Shown here piece after piece: positions 42,378-55,374 of a stretch of DNA of 64,000 bases. The DNA lies in contig OZ024760.1 in the NCBI GenBank assembly GCA_964016885.1, forward strand, positions 27,714,001 to 27,778,000. Reading direction: 5' to 3'. This stretch comes from Eledone cirrhosa. Lineage: Eukaryota. The stretch's first letter is position 1. Each line of letters begins with the position of its first letter. The notes beneath the pieces were generated by a model. That model saw only the letters and a program-made list of their open reading frames with translations, did no database searches and had not been told where the DNA came from. The translations under genes and the position numbers were made by a program.

Positions 42378-42960
42378 TTCTGATGATATATATTTATATA
42401 TATATATATATATATTTATATATGTATATATATAAGAACTCTAGAACAAATATTTATTAAAATAACAGATTAAAGTTTAAGCAAAGAATTGCTGCTTTCA
42501 CCCTTAACAGGATCTTCTGAAACTATATATATTTATATATATGTATATATATATATATAATTTTTTTGGGGTTGTTTTAGAAGCTTCAACAATGCAGATG
42601 GGTAAATCTCCGGGAAACAGAATCCGGTGGTGAAGAGAGAGATGTAAGATGAAATGTAGAATGAGATGTATAGTGTGTAGAGGAACGTAAGAAAGAGCGT
42701 AAAAAAAGAAAATAATAACACAAGATAGAGTTACCTTGGGAGAGATTTAATTGTTCCTATATTTCGGATTCGCATCCGTAAACTGAGGGGGGGGGGGTTC
42801 CGGGGGGGAAAGTTATCTGTCGGAGAGGAACGGTACGTGGCCTCTGTTCTCCGCAGTTTGTGTGTAACTGAGATATTATGTAGAGCGCAGGTGTGCGTGG
42901 AATAGGTGCGGTCAACGAAAGGTCGAAGCAGTTCTTTTTATTGTGGGAGTGGGATGGCGC

Positions 42961-43065
42961 TAGCTGTCAATCCATTGTACTACCTATATGTACTGGTCTT
43001 TGGTACTAGCAATGTAGTAATACCAAAGACCAGTACATATAGGTAGTACAATGGATTGACAGCTA
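42961..43065. repeat. Perfect 45-bp inverted repeat with 15-nt loop
   Basis: tagctgtcaatccattgtactacc...tttggta / taccaaag...attgacagcta. Confidence 0.9.
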
Positions 43066-43149
43066 ATGCTGGTGTCACATTCGCTAAAGTCGAGTGCGGA
43101 TGTGGTACCTCCATGATTTTATCTGCCAGCTCAGCGAGTTCTTCAACTA

Positions 43150-43590
43150 ATCCTTTCCTTCAGTCCTCCAGTGCCACAGAGATGCCCGATTTACACCCTT
43201 TGCTTTCACAGCAAGCACCTCAGATACAGGCACTGACGCAACAAATTCAGGCCTTGTCACTGGGTAACCCTTCCATGCGTCGGTCTAACAGTCGAACTCG
43301 ACAATTCGGTGACCGCTCTAGAAGTTCAAGTGCATCCCGTTATTCGCCAGAAATGTGTTGGTACCACTAAAAATTTGGAAGACGGGCGCGCAAGTGCAGC
43401 CCTCCCTGTTCATTTGTGTCAATGTCGAATCAGGGAAATGACAGAGCCAGAAACTGAATGCAACGAACGTTTCTGACCCTAATAACCAAAGTCGCCTGTT
43501 TTTCATTCGAGATCGTGTCACAGGCACGCGTTTCCTGGTCAACACCAGTGTAGAAGTCAGCATTATCTCGGTTTCCTGCATTCCTCTTTG
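43150..43590 (+). mobile_element. Gypsy (CsRn1-like) gag-end/protease remnant
   Basis: CWYH*KFGRRARKCSPPCSF (CHCC knuckle); SRLFFIRDRVTGTRFLVNTSVEVSII. Confidence 0.8.
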
Positions 43591-43613
43591 GTAAAATGTA
43601 GGAGTATTCGGTT

Positions 43614-44630
43614 ATAACCCTTTCATTACCATATTTCTAATGAAAGACACTGTCTATGTCATTAATCCTTTCATTACCATATTTCTAATGAAAGACACTG
43701 TCTATGTCATTAACCCTTTCATTACCATATTTCTAATGAAAGACACTGTCTATGTCATTAACCCTTTCATCACCATATTTCTAATGAAAGACACTGTCTA
43801 TGTCATTAACCCTTTCATCACCATATTTCTAATGAAAGACACTGTCTATGTCATTAATCCTTTCATTACCACATTTCTAATGAATGACACAGTCTATGTC
43901 ATTAACCCTTTCATTACCATATTTCTAATGAAAGACACTGTCTATGTCATTAACCCTTTCATTACCATACTTCTAATGAAAGACACTGTCTATGTCTTTA
44001 ACCCTTTCATTACCATATTTCTAATGAATGACACTGTCTATGTCATTAACCCTTTCATTACCATATTTATAATGAAAGACACTGTCTATGTCATTAACCC
44101 TTTCATTACCATATTTCTAATGAAAGACACTGTCTATGTCATTAACCCTTTCATTACCGTATTTCTAATGAAAGACACTGTCTATGTCTTTAACCCTTTC
44201 ATTACCGTATTTCTAATGAAAGACACTGTCTATGTCATTAACCCTTTCATTACCATATTTCTAATGAAAGACACTGTCTATGTCATTAACCCTTTCATTA
44301 CCATATTTCTAATGAATGACACTGTCTATGTCATTAACCCTTTCATTAACATATTTCTAATGAAAGACACTGTCTATGTCATTAATCCTTTCATTACCAT
44401 ATTTCTAATGAAAGACACTGTCTATGTCATTAACCCTTTCATTACCATATTTCTAATGAAAGACACTGTCTATGTCATTAACCCTTTCATCACCATATTT
44501 CTAATGAAAGACACTGTCTATGTCATTAACCCTTTCATTACCGTATTTCTAATGAAAGACACTGTCTATGTCATTCACCCTTTCATTACCATATTTATAA
44601 GGAAAGACACTGTCTATGTCATTATCCCTT
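43614..44630. repeat. 48-bp tandem array (~21 units)
   Basis: Unit ttaaccctttcattaccatatttctaatgaaagacactgtctatgtca. Confidence 0.96.
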
Positions 44631-44674
44631 TACGCAATAATAATATATATACAAACCATTTTATTATATATATT

Positions 44675-46246
44675 TGCCGTTATGCAGTAATACAGAAAAC
44701 CCGTCTTCCCATGTGCACAGACTTAAACATACAAACAGTAGGCATCTCTTAACCACTAAACTCCCATCCATACACCCAACCTCCACCCTCCCACTTCTGT
44801 CCACACCACCCTTACACTATAAAGTTATGTTGGTATCACAAAAAGCACCCAGTCCACACTGTAAATTGGTCGTGTAGGTGTCGCAACAAAAAGCACCCAG
44901 TCCACACTGTAAATTGGTCGTGTAGGTGTCACAACAAAAAGCACCCAGTACTCACTGTAAATTGGTCGTGTAGGTGTCACAACAAAAAACACCCAGTACT
45001 CACTGTAAATTGGTCGTGTAGGTGTCACAACAAAAAGCACCCAGTACTCACTGTAAATTGGTCGTGTAGGTTTCACAACAAAAAGCACCCAGTACTCACT
45101 GTAAATTGGTCGTGTAGGTGTCACAACAAAAAGCACCCAGTACTCACTGTAAATTGGTTGTGTAGGTGTCACAACAAAAAGCACCCAGTACTCACTGTAA
45201 ATTGGTTGTGTAGGTGTCACAGCAAAAAGCACCCAGTACTCACTGTAAATTGGTTGTATAGGTGTCACAACAAAAAGCACCCAGTACTCACTGTAAATTG
45301 GTTGTGTAGGTGTCACAACAAAAAGCACCCAGTACTCACTGTAAATTGGTTGTGTAGGTGTCACAACAAAAAGCATCCAGTACTCACTGTAAATTGGTAG
45401 TGTAGGTGTCACAACAAAAAGCACCCAGTACTCACTGTAAATTGGTTGTGTAGGTGTCACAACAAAAAGCACCCAGTACACACTGTAAATTGGTCGTGTA
45501 GGTGTCAATAAAAAGCACCCAGTACTCATTGTAAATTGGTTGTGTAGGTGTCACAACAAAAAGCACCCAGTACTCACTGTAAATTGGTTGTGTAGGTGTC
45601 ACAACAAAAAGCACCCAGTACACACTGTAAATTGGTTGTGTAGGTGTCACAACAAAAAGCACCCAGTACTCACTGTAAATTGGTTGTGTAGGTGTCACAA
45701 CAAAAAGCACCCAGTACTCACTGTAAATTGGTTGCATAGGTGTCACAACAAAAAGCACCCAGTACTCACTGTAAATTGGTTGCAAAGGTGTCACAACAAA
45801 AAGCACCCAGTACTCACTGTAAATTGGTCGTGTAGGTGTCACAACAAAAAGCTCCCAGTACTCACTGTAAATTGGTTGTGTAGGTGTCACAACAAAAAGC
45901 ACCCAGTACTCACTGTAAATTGGTTGTGTAGGTGTCACAACAAAAAGCACCCAGTACTCACTGTAAATTGGTTGCATAGGTGTCACAACAAAAAGCACCC
46001 AGTACTCACTGTAAATTGGTCGTGTAGGTGTCACAACAAAAAGCTCCCAGTACTCACTGTAAATTGGTTGTGTAGGTGTCACAACAAAAAGCACCCAGTA
46101 CTCACTGTAAATGTGGGTGGCATTAGGAAGGGCATCCAGCTGTAGAAAACCACCCAGTTTTATATGAGTAAGACACAGTCACTTGACAACTCATCTAACC
46201 CATGCTAGTGTGGAAAATGAATGTTAAACAATGATGATGATGATGA
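44675..46246 (+). mobile_element. RTE LINE 3' end whose 3' UTR contains an expanded tandem array
   Basis: Starts RYAVIQKTRL (ORF end); ends aggaagggcatccagctgtagaaa...(gat)n. Confidence 0.85.
44840..46112. repeat. 48-bp tandem array (~26 units) derived from RTE 3' UTR
   Basis: Unit aaaaagcacccagtactcactgtaaattggtcgtgtaggtgtcacaac. Confidence 0.95.
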
Positions 46247-46838
46247 TATGTATATATATAGTTGAAATGAACAAACAAAACACAGGAGGCATATCCCTGG
46301 AAGTCTTTCCAGGGATAACTTGAACCGTTAAGGTATATTATCTTTGGTCATGTCAAATATTTATAAAACATTTTGTATTTTATCTGATGATAGCGTACCA
46401 AAATTTTTGGTACCTGTTTACGGTCATCGATGTCGCATCTGTCTCCTTCAGCCCCTAAACAACAGCACGTTATTTCACATATACCAAAAGACATCGATAC
46501 ATGGATGCATGTTTTCGTTAGAAATTACGGTATTCCGTCTCACTTTGCCCGTCGTATTCCGGGCCCTATAAGGTGATACAGAAACGCCCTAAGTATTTTG
46601 TCCTCGACTTGAACGGGAAACAAAATACTGTCTCCATTGTTACAGGGTTAATGACATAGGTAGTGTCTTTCATTAGACATATCTTATAGAAACGGTTAAT
46701 ATCACCAATCACCACAATATGATAATTAAACCATTATCAAGTATGAACTCCCACACCTTTGAACCATCTCAATTTGTTCAAATGAAAATGTCTCTAGCTA
46801 GAAAGTAGAACAGTTATCTCAGTACAAGGATCAGAAGA

Positions 46839-49245
46839 TTAACCCTTTCATTACCATATTTCTAATGAAAGACACTACCTATGTTGTTAACCCTTTCATT
46901 ACCATACTTCTAATGAAAGACACTACCTATGTCATTAACCCTTTCATTACCATATTTCTAATGTAAGACACTGTCTATGTCATTAACCCTTTCATTACCA
47001 TACTTCTAATGAAAGACACTACCTATGTCATTAACCCTTTCATTACCATATTTCTAATGAAAGACACTACCCATGTCATTAACCCTTTCATTACTATACT
47101 TCTAATGAAAGACACTGTCTATGTCATGAACCCCTTTCAGTACCATACTTCTAATGAAAGACACTGTCTATGTCATTATCCCTTTCAGTACCATACTTCT
47201 AATGAAAGACACTGTCTCTGTCATTAACCCTTTCATTACCATATTTCTAATGAAAGACACTACATATGTCATAACCCTTTCATTGCCATATTTCTAATGA
47301 AAGACACTGTCTATGTCATTAACCCTTTCATTACCTTATTTCTAATGAAAGACACTGTCTATGTCATTAACCCTTTCATTACCATATTTCTAATGAAAGA
47401 CACTGTCTATGTCATTAACCCTTTCATTACAATATTTCTAACGAATGACACTACCTATGTCATTAACCCTTTCATTACCATATTTCTAATGAAAGACACT
47501 ACCTATGTCATAACCCTTTCATTACCATATTTCTAATGAAAGACACTGTCTATGTCATTAACCCTTTCATTACCTTATTTCTAATGAAAGACACTGTCTA
47601 TGTCATTAACCCTTTCATTACCATATTTCTAATGAAAGACACTGTCTATGTCATTAACCCTTTCATTACCATACTTCTAATGAAAGACACTGTCTATGTC
47701 ATGAACCCTTTCAGTACCATACTTCTAATGAAAGACACTGTCTATGTCATTAACCCTTTCATTACCATATTTCTAATGAAAGACACTGTCTATGTCATTA
47801 ACCCTTTCATTACAATATTTCTAATGAATGACACTACCTATGTCATTAACCCTTTCATTATCATATTTCTAATGAAAGACACTACCTATGTCATTAACCC
47901 TTTCATTACCTTATTTCTAATGAATGACACTGTCTATGTCATTAACCCTTTCATTACCATATTTATAATGAAAGACACTGTCTATGTCATTAACCCTTTC
48001 ATTACCATATTTCTAATGAAAGACACTGTCTATGTCATTAACCCTTTCATTACCATATTTCTAATGAATGACACTGTCTATGTCATTAACCCTTTCATTA
48101 CCATATTTCTAATGAAAGACACTGTCTATGTCATTAACCCTTTCATTACCATATTTCTAATGAATGACACTGTCTATGTCATAAACCCTTTCATTACCAT
48201 ATTTCTAATGAAAGACACTGTCTATGTCATTAACCCTTTCATTACCATATTTCAAATGAAAGACACTGTCTATGTCATTAACCCTTTCATTACCATATTT
48301 CTAATGAAAGACACTGTCTATGTCATTAACCCTTTCATTACCTTATTTCTAATGAAAGACACTGTCTATGTCATTAACCCTTTCATTACCATATTTCTAA
48401 TGAAAGACACTGTCTATGTCATTAACCCTTTCATTACCTTATTTCTAATGAATGACACTACCTATGTCATTAACCCTTTCATTACCATATTTCTAATGAA
48501 AGATACTGTATATGTCATTAACCCTTTCATTACCATATTTCTAATGAAAGACACTGTCTATGTCATTAACCCTTTCATTACCATATTTCTGATGAAAGAC
48601 ACTGTCTATGTCATTAATTCTTTCATTACCATATTTCTAATGAATGACACTGTCTATGTCATTAACCCTTTCATTACCATATTTCTAATGAAAGACACTG
48701 TCTATGTCATTAACCCTTTCATTACCATATTTCTAATGAAAGACACTGTCTATGTCATTAACTCTTTCATTACCATATTTCTAATGAATGACACTACCTA
48801 TGTCATTAACCCTTTCATTACCATATTTCTAATGAAAGACACTGTCTATGTCATTAACCCTTTTGTTACCATATTCCTAATGAAAGACACTGTCTATGTC
48901 ATTAACCCTTTCATTACCATATTTCTAATGAAAGACACTGTCTATGTCATTAACCCTTTCAGTACCATATTTCTAATGAATGACACTACCTATGTCATTA
49001 ACCCTTTCATTACCATATTTCTAATGAATGACACTGTCTATGTCATTAACTCTTTCATTACCATATTTCTAATGAAAGACACTGTCTATGTCATTAACCC
49101 TTTCAGTACCATATTTCTAATGAATGACACTACCTATGTCATTAACCCTTTCAGTACCATATTTCTAATGAATGACACTACCTATGTCATTAACCCTTTC
49201 ATTACCATATTTCTAATGAATAACACTGACTATGTCATTAACCCG
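46839..49245. repeat. 48-bp tandem array (~50 units), same unit as 43614-44630
   Basis: Directly visible; inverted partial unit at ~46647-46677. Confidence 0.96.
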
Positions 49246-49292
49246 TTGTATTGTCCCCTATATGTCAGCCCTTGTGGCTAATAAATAAAACC

Positions 49293-49520
49293 ATTTGGCA
49301 GTATCGGTAGAGCGCTGGACAATATGCTTTGCGCCATATAGAGTTACACCCCTTTATGTTCTGAGTTCAAACCCTGCTGATGTTAGCTATGTATTTCATC
49401 CTTATAGGGTTGATAAAATACCAGTAATGCACTGGGTCGATTTAATTGATTTCCCTTTCCCCCAAAAAATTGCTGGCCTTGTGCCTAAAGTAGTAACTAT
49501 TATTATTATTATTATTATAA
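49293..49520 (+). mobile_element. tRNA-derived SINE ending in (tta)n
   Basis: tggcagtatcgg...gagttcaaacc...ttgctggccttgtgcctaaagtag. Confidence 0.8.
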
Positions 49521-49558
49521 AGTAGTAACTATTATTATTATTATTATTATTGTTATTA

Positions 49559-50772
49559 CTCTTTGAGTCTCAGTCATTGATGTTGGTTAACTGGAAAGTT
49601 TGTTGAAATGAACATCAAGCCACTACCTGCAGCCTCAGATATTCAGGACGTATCGGAGGGTTCTTGCTGTTCCCAGCAAGCATGCCTTTTGAAGCGTTCC
49701 AAAAAGCGTGAAGGGGCCAATTTTCTTTAACCATCCCTGGAAACTTTTTGAGATAGTCCCTAGTGCGCCTATGACAATTGGGATCACTTTGACTTCATGG
49801 CAGTTCCAAATCCTTTTTACATCCCACTTTAAATTCTGGTATCGGTTAATTTTCTCCCTCTCCTTTTCTTGCACTCTCGTGTCGAATGGGCAGGCCACAT
49901 CCACAATCAGGCATGATCTTTTTTCTTTTTCCCCAACCACCAGGTCAGGTCTATTGTGTTCCAGTTTCTTGTCCGTCTGTATCCTAAAATCCCACAGCAC
50001 CTTCACCTGATCGTTTTCTATCACCGCCTCTGGCTTATGCTCATACCACTTCTCAGAATGTGGTAAATTGTTTACTTTGCACAGGTGCCAGTGGATCACC
50101 CTGCCCATCACATCATGTCTCCAGCCCTTATAGTGAGTCTGGGCTAGGTGTTTACACTCGGATACAATGTGAGCCACAGTCTCCTCTCTCTCTCCACAGA
50201 TCCTGCACAGTGGGCTAGCCTCCTCCTTGTAAATATGGTGTTTCAACCACTTCGTTTTGAGGGCCTGCTTCTGCGCAGCCATTAACATTCCTTCTGTAGC
50301 CTTTTTAAGGTCTCCTCTTTTCAACCAGTTCCATGTCTGTGGATCTCTAAATTCAGTTTTCTCAAAGAAGGTACTATGAAGGGATTTTTCCTGAAGGCTG
50401 CTCTTTCTCCTTGATGTTATTTCCTCCTTGGACATCCCCTGGCCTATTGTCCCCTCCTTCAGTACAGTTCTGAGCATTAGCTCCTTACTATCAGTCACGT
50501 ATTTGTGTAGGTTGTTTTTCTCCATCTGAACACAGTCCTCTATGCTGATAAGACCTCTTCCACCTTCAGATCTCCTTAAGTAGAGTCTATCGACATCACT
50601 TCTCTTGTGGAACATGTTATAGATAGTCAATAGCTTCCTAGTCTTCCTATCCATTTCTTTTTGTTCAGCAACATTCCATCTCAGAATTCCCGCACTGTAC
50701 CTAATAATAGACACAGCTCGAGAATTTACTGCACTTATGGCATTCCTACTGTTCAGATGTGACTTTAATACG
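49559..50772 (-). mobile_element. R4/Dong-like non-LTR retrotransposon (RLE type), 5'-truncated, in (TAA)n
   Basis: GGRGL, CRIC..ETVAHIVSEC, RHD, RPDLVV..DVACPFD..EKINRY, PIVIGALG; (tta)n on both sides. Confidence 0.88.
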
Positions 50773-50840
50773 CTTATTATTATTATTATTATTATTATTA
50801 TTGTTATTATTATTATTATTATAGATTCCCCATCTGTATT

Positions 50841-50922
50841 ATGATGTCTACAAATTGGATGATGGGGCCAGACCTACCAATATGGCTGCTAATGTCTTTG
50901 ATGCTGGTATTGTCACAGACAG
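50841..50922 (+). CDS. Probable first coding exon (signal peptide) of a host secreted protein
   Basis: MMSTNWMMGPDLPIWLLMSLMLVLSQT+G; donor cag|gtgagt; phase 1 matches the next exon; candidate acceptor tag at 50822-50824. Confidence 0.6.
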
Positions 50923-51204
50923 GTGAGTTTTCTTTACCTTTACACCCTCCAGTTCTCACATCATTATCATCACAATACCCTGCCCCATCTCCATCCCTTC
51001 AGTCATGACTGATCATGTGCTTGCACCTGGAAAGTTCCTCTTCTAGTACAACCCTGGTCAAGGTGTTTGTAGAAGACCAGTAAACTTCACCCATGCATGC
51101 CAGTCTCTCTTCTTTTCACACCATCAATGGTGTCAAAGGTAAAGACAAGGGCTGATACAGCTTGCCACCAGTGTTGTCACAACTCATATATACACTATAT
51201 AGTG

Positions 51205-52778
51205 GTAAGGAACTCTCAGGTGAGCTGGACAGCTAAAGGTCTTCAGAGAAGAACTCTCAGGAGAGCTGGACAGCAGAAGGTCTTCAGAGAAAAAACTCTC
51301 AGGAGAGCTGGACAACAGAAGGTCTTCAGAGAAGAACTCTCAGGAGAGCTGGACAACAGAAGGTCTTCAGAGAAGAACTCTCAGGAGAGCTGGACAGCAG
51401 AAGGTCTTCAGAGAAGAACTCTCAGGAGAGCTGGACAGCAGAAGGTCTTCAGAGAAGAAACTCTCAGGAGAGCTGGACAACAGAAGGTCTTCAGAGAAGA
51501 AACTCTCAGGAGAGCTGGACAGCAGAAGGTCTTCAGAGAAGAACTCTCAGGAGAGCTGGACAGCTGAAGGTCTTCAGAGAAGAAATCTCAGGAGAGCTGG
51601 ACAGCAGAAGGTCTTCAGAGAAGAAACTCTCAGGAGAGCTAGACAACAGAAGGTCTTCAGAGAAGAACTCTCAGGAGAGCTGGACAGCAGAAGGTCTTCA
51701 GAGAAGAACTCTCAGGAGAGCTGGACAGCAGAAGGTCTTCAGAGAAAAAACTCTCAGGAGAGCTGGACAACAGAAGGTCTTCAGAGAAGAAACTCTCAGG
51801 AGAGCTGGACAGCAGAATGTCTTCAGAGAAGAAACTCTCAGGAGAGCTGGACAGCAGAATGTCTTCAGAGAAGAAACTCTCAGGTGAGCTGGACAACTGA
51901 AGGTCTTCAGAGAAGAACTCTCAGGAGAGCTGGACAACTGAAGGTCTTCAGAGAAGAAATCTCAGGAGAGCTGGAGAGCAGAAGGTCTTCAGAGAAGAAA
52001 CTCTCAGGAGAGCTGGACAACAGAAGGTCTTCAGGGAAGAAACTCTCAGGTGAGCTGGACAGCAGAAGGTCTTCAGAGAAGAAATCTCAGGTGAGCTGGA
52101 CAGCAGAAGGTCTTCAGAGAAGAACTCTCAGGAGAGCTGGACAACAGAAGGTCTTCAGAGAAGAACTCTCAGGAGAGCTGGACAGCAGAAGGTCTTCAGA
52201 GAAGAACTCTCAGGTGAGCTGGACAGCAGAAGGTCTTCAGAGAAGAAACTCTCAGGTGAGCTGGACAGCAGAAGGTCTTCAGAGAAGAAACCCTCAGGAG
52301 AGCTGGACAACAGAAGGTCTTCAGAGAAGAAACTCTCAGGTGAGCTGGACAGCAGAAGGTCTTCAGAGAAGAACTCTCAGGAGAGCTGGACAACAGAAGA
52401 ACTTCAGAGAAGAAACTCCCAGGTGAGCTGGACAGCAGAAGGTCTTCAGAGAACTCTCAGGAGAGCTGGACAACAGAAGGTCTTCAGAGAAGAACTCTCA
52501 GGAGAGCTGGACAGCAGAAGGTCTTCAAAGAACTCTTAGGTGAGCTGGACAGCAGAAGGTCTTCAGAGAAGAACTCTCAGGAGAGCTGGACAGCAGAAGG
52601 TCTTCAGAGAAGAACTCTCAGGTGAGCTGGACAACAGAAGGTCTTCAGAGAAGAACTCTCAGGAGAGCTGGAGAGCAGAAGGTCTTCAGAGAAGAACTCT
52701 CAGGTGAGCTGGAGAGCAGAAGGTCTTCAAAGAAGAAACCCTCAGGAGAGCTGGACACCAGAAGGTCTTCAGACAAGT
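51205..52778. repeat. 41/42-bp tandem array (~38 units)
   Basis: Unit gaactctcaggagagctggacagcagaaggtcttcagagaa. Confidence 0.96.
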
Positions 52779-52799
52779 AACCCCTCTCAGTGAGTGTTT

Positions 52800-53210
52800 C
52801 AACCCTTAACTTATATTTTAAGGGGGCTGGGCTGCATCCAGGTCATGATTCCTATCGGAGATTTATCGTTGTTTAATTTCTGAACAGCAGAATCAATGCC
52901 ATCTCATTTACAACTGGGTAGCTTTTCATTGATTCAATAGTGTTTACATTGAGATTAGAGGGCCAGTTAAGAAGTTCAGAGAAGTGTTCCACCCAGCGGT
53001 TCTGAATGGAGACAATATCAGTCAACAGTGGCTGACCATCTGCAGTTCTTACAGGTGCTATTGAGGAGGCTTGTGGATCATACACTTCTTTAAGGAGTAA
53101 AATACCTTTGTGTCCTTGCAACTTATAGCTTTTTGTATTAGTTTGGCTTTGTGCCACCACTGCTGCTTGATATTTCTCAAACATTTTGCACTTTTCTTTT
53201 TAGTTGCTGT
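52800..53210 (-). mobile_element. Degenerate RTE (BovB-like) linker fragment
   Basis: LRNIKQQWW..KAKLIQ...FYSLLK; DGQPLLTD..IQNRWVEHFSELLN. Confidence 0.65.
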
Positions 53211-53257
53211 TATATATATACTCTGTATATCAGACATGTCAAACTGAGGGTCCTCCG

Positions 53258-54505
53258 AGGGCCACATGGGTCACATGTGTTGTCTGAGGACCACATGGGT
53301 CACATATGTGTTGTCTGAGGGTCACATGGGTCACATATGTGTTGTCTGAGGGCCACATGGGTCACCTATGTGTTGTCTGAGGGCCACATGGGTCACATAT
53401 GTGTTGTCTGAGGGTCACATGGGTCACATATGTGTTGTCTGAGGGCCACATGGGTCACCTATGTGTTGTCTGAGGGCCACATGGGTCACATGTGTTGTCT
53501 GAGGGTCACATGGGTCACCTATGTGTTGTCTGAGGGCCACATGGGTCATATATGTGTTGTCTGAGGGCCACATGGGCCACATATGTGTTGTCTGAGGGTC
53601 ACATGGGCCACATATGTGATGTCTGAGGGTCACATGGGCCACATATGTGTTGTCTGAGGGCCACATGGGTCACATGTGTTGTCTGAGGGCCACATGGGTC
53701 ACATCTGTTGTCTGAGGGTCACATGGGTCACCTATGTGTTGTCTGAGGGCCACATGGGTCACATATGTGTTGTCTGAGGGTCACATGTGTCACATGTGTT
53801 GTCTGAGGGCCACATGTGTCACATATGTTTTGTCTGAGGACCACATGGGCCACATATGTGTTGTCTGAGGGCCACATGGGCCACATATGTGTTGTCTGAG
53901 GGTCACATGGGCCACATATGTGATGTCTGAGGGTCACATGGGCCACATATGTGTTGTCTGAGGGCCACATGGGTCACATGTGTTGTCTGAGGGCCACATG
54001 GGTCACATCTGTTGTCTGAGGGTCACATGGGTCACCTATGTGTTGTCTGAGGGCCACATGGGTCACATATGTGTTGTCTGAGGGTCACATGTGTCACATG
54101 TGTTGTCTGAGGGCCACATGTGTCACATATGTTTTGTCTGAGGACCACATGGGCCACATATGTGTTGTCTGAGGGCCACATGGGTCACTTATGTATTGTC
54201 TGAGGGCCACATGTGTCACATATGTGTTGTCTGAGGACCACATGGGCCACATATGTGTTGTCTGAGGGCCACATGGGTCACTAATGTGTTGCCTGAGGCC
54301 CACATGTGTCACATCTGTTGTCTGAGGGCCACATGTGTCACATATGTGTTGTCTGAGGGCCACATGTTGTCTGAGAGCCACATAGGTCACATATGTGTTG
54401 TCTGAGGGCCACATGGGTCACATATGTGTTGTCTGAGGGCCACATGGGTCACATATGTGTTGTCTGAGGGCCACATGGGTCACATGTGTTGTCTGAGGGC
54501 CACAC
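53258..54505. repeat. ~31-bp tandem array
   Basis: Unit tgttgtctgagggccacatgggtcacatatg. Confidence 0.95.
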
Positions 54506-54574
54506 ATTACAACTAATATTTTTTATTTTATATTACGAAGATAAAACATGCTCTTGCGGTAAAAACCTTTGTGT

Positions 54575-55374
54575 GGGCCGCAGGTGTGTTTGTAAAAGGC
54601 CGCAGGTGTGTTTGTAAAGGGCCACAGGTGTGTTTGTAAAAGGCCGCAGGTGTGTTTGTAAAGGGCCACAGGTGTGTTTGTAAAGGGCCACAGGTGTGTT
54701 TGTAAAGGGCCACAGGTGTGTTTGTAAAGGGCCGCAGATGTGTTTGTAAAGGGCCACAGGTGTGTTTGTAAAGGGCCACAGGTGTGTTTGTAAAGGGCCA
54801 CAGGTGTGTTTGTAAAGGGCCACAGGTGTGTTTGTAAAGGGCCGCAGGTGTGTTTGTAAAGGGCCACAGGTGTGTTTGTAAAGGGCCGCAGGTGTGTTTG
54901 TAAAGGGCCATAGGTGTGTTTGTAAAGGGCCACAGGTGTGTTTGTAAAGGGCCACAGGTGTGTTTGTAAAGGGCCGCAGGTGTGTTTGTAAAGGGCCACA
55001 GGTGTGTTTGTAAAGGGCCACAGGTGTGTTTGTAAAGGGTCGCAGGTGTGTTTGTAAAGGGCCGCAGGTGTGTTTGTAAAGGGCCGCAGGTGTGTTTGTA
55101 AAGGGCCACAGGTGTGTTTGTAAAGGGCCGCAGGTGTGTTTGTAAAGGGCCGCAGGTGTGTTTGTAAAGGGCCATAGGTGTGTTTGTAAAGGGCCGCAGG
55201 TGTGTTTGTAAAGGGCCATAGGTGTGTTTGTAAAGTGAGGCAGGTGTGTTTGTAAAAGGCCGCAGGTGTGTTTGTAAAGGGCCATAGGTGTGTTTGTAAA
55301 GGGCCGCAGGTGTGTTTGTAAAGGGCCACAGGTGTGTTTGTAAAGGGCCGCAGGTGTGTTTGTAAAGGGCCGCA
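54575..55374. repeat. 22-bp tandem array (~36 units)
   Basis: Unit gggccacaggtgtgtttgtaaa. Confidence 0.96.

Noticed and set aside
42485-42525. Hammerhead-like cagaaga-stem-gaaa (minus strand; similar at ~56875-56900)
   Set aside because: Core reads CAGAAGA and stem III/UH is unconvincing; at best a decayed relic.
43640-49281. 370-aa and 581-aa MKDTVYVINPFITIFL repeat proteins
   Set aside because: Translations of a 48-bp satellite, with frameshifted units and no splice or codon evidence.
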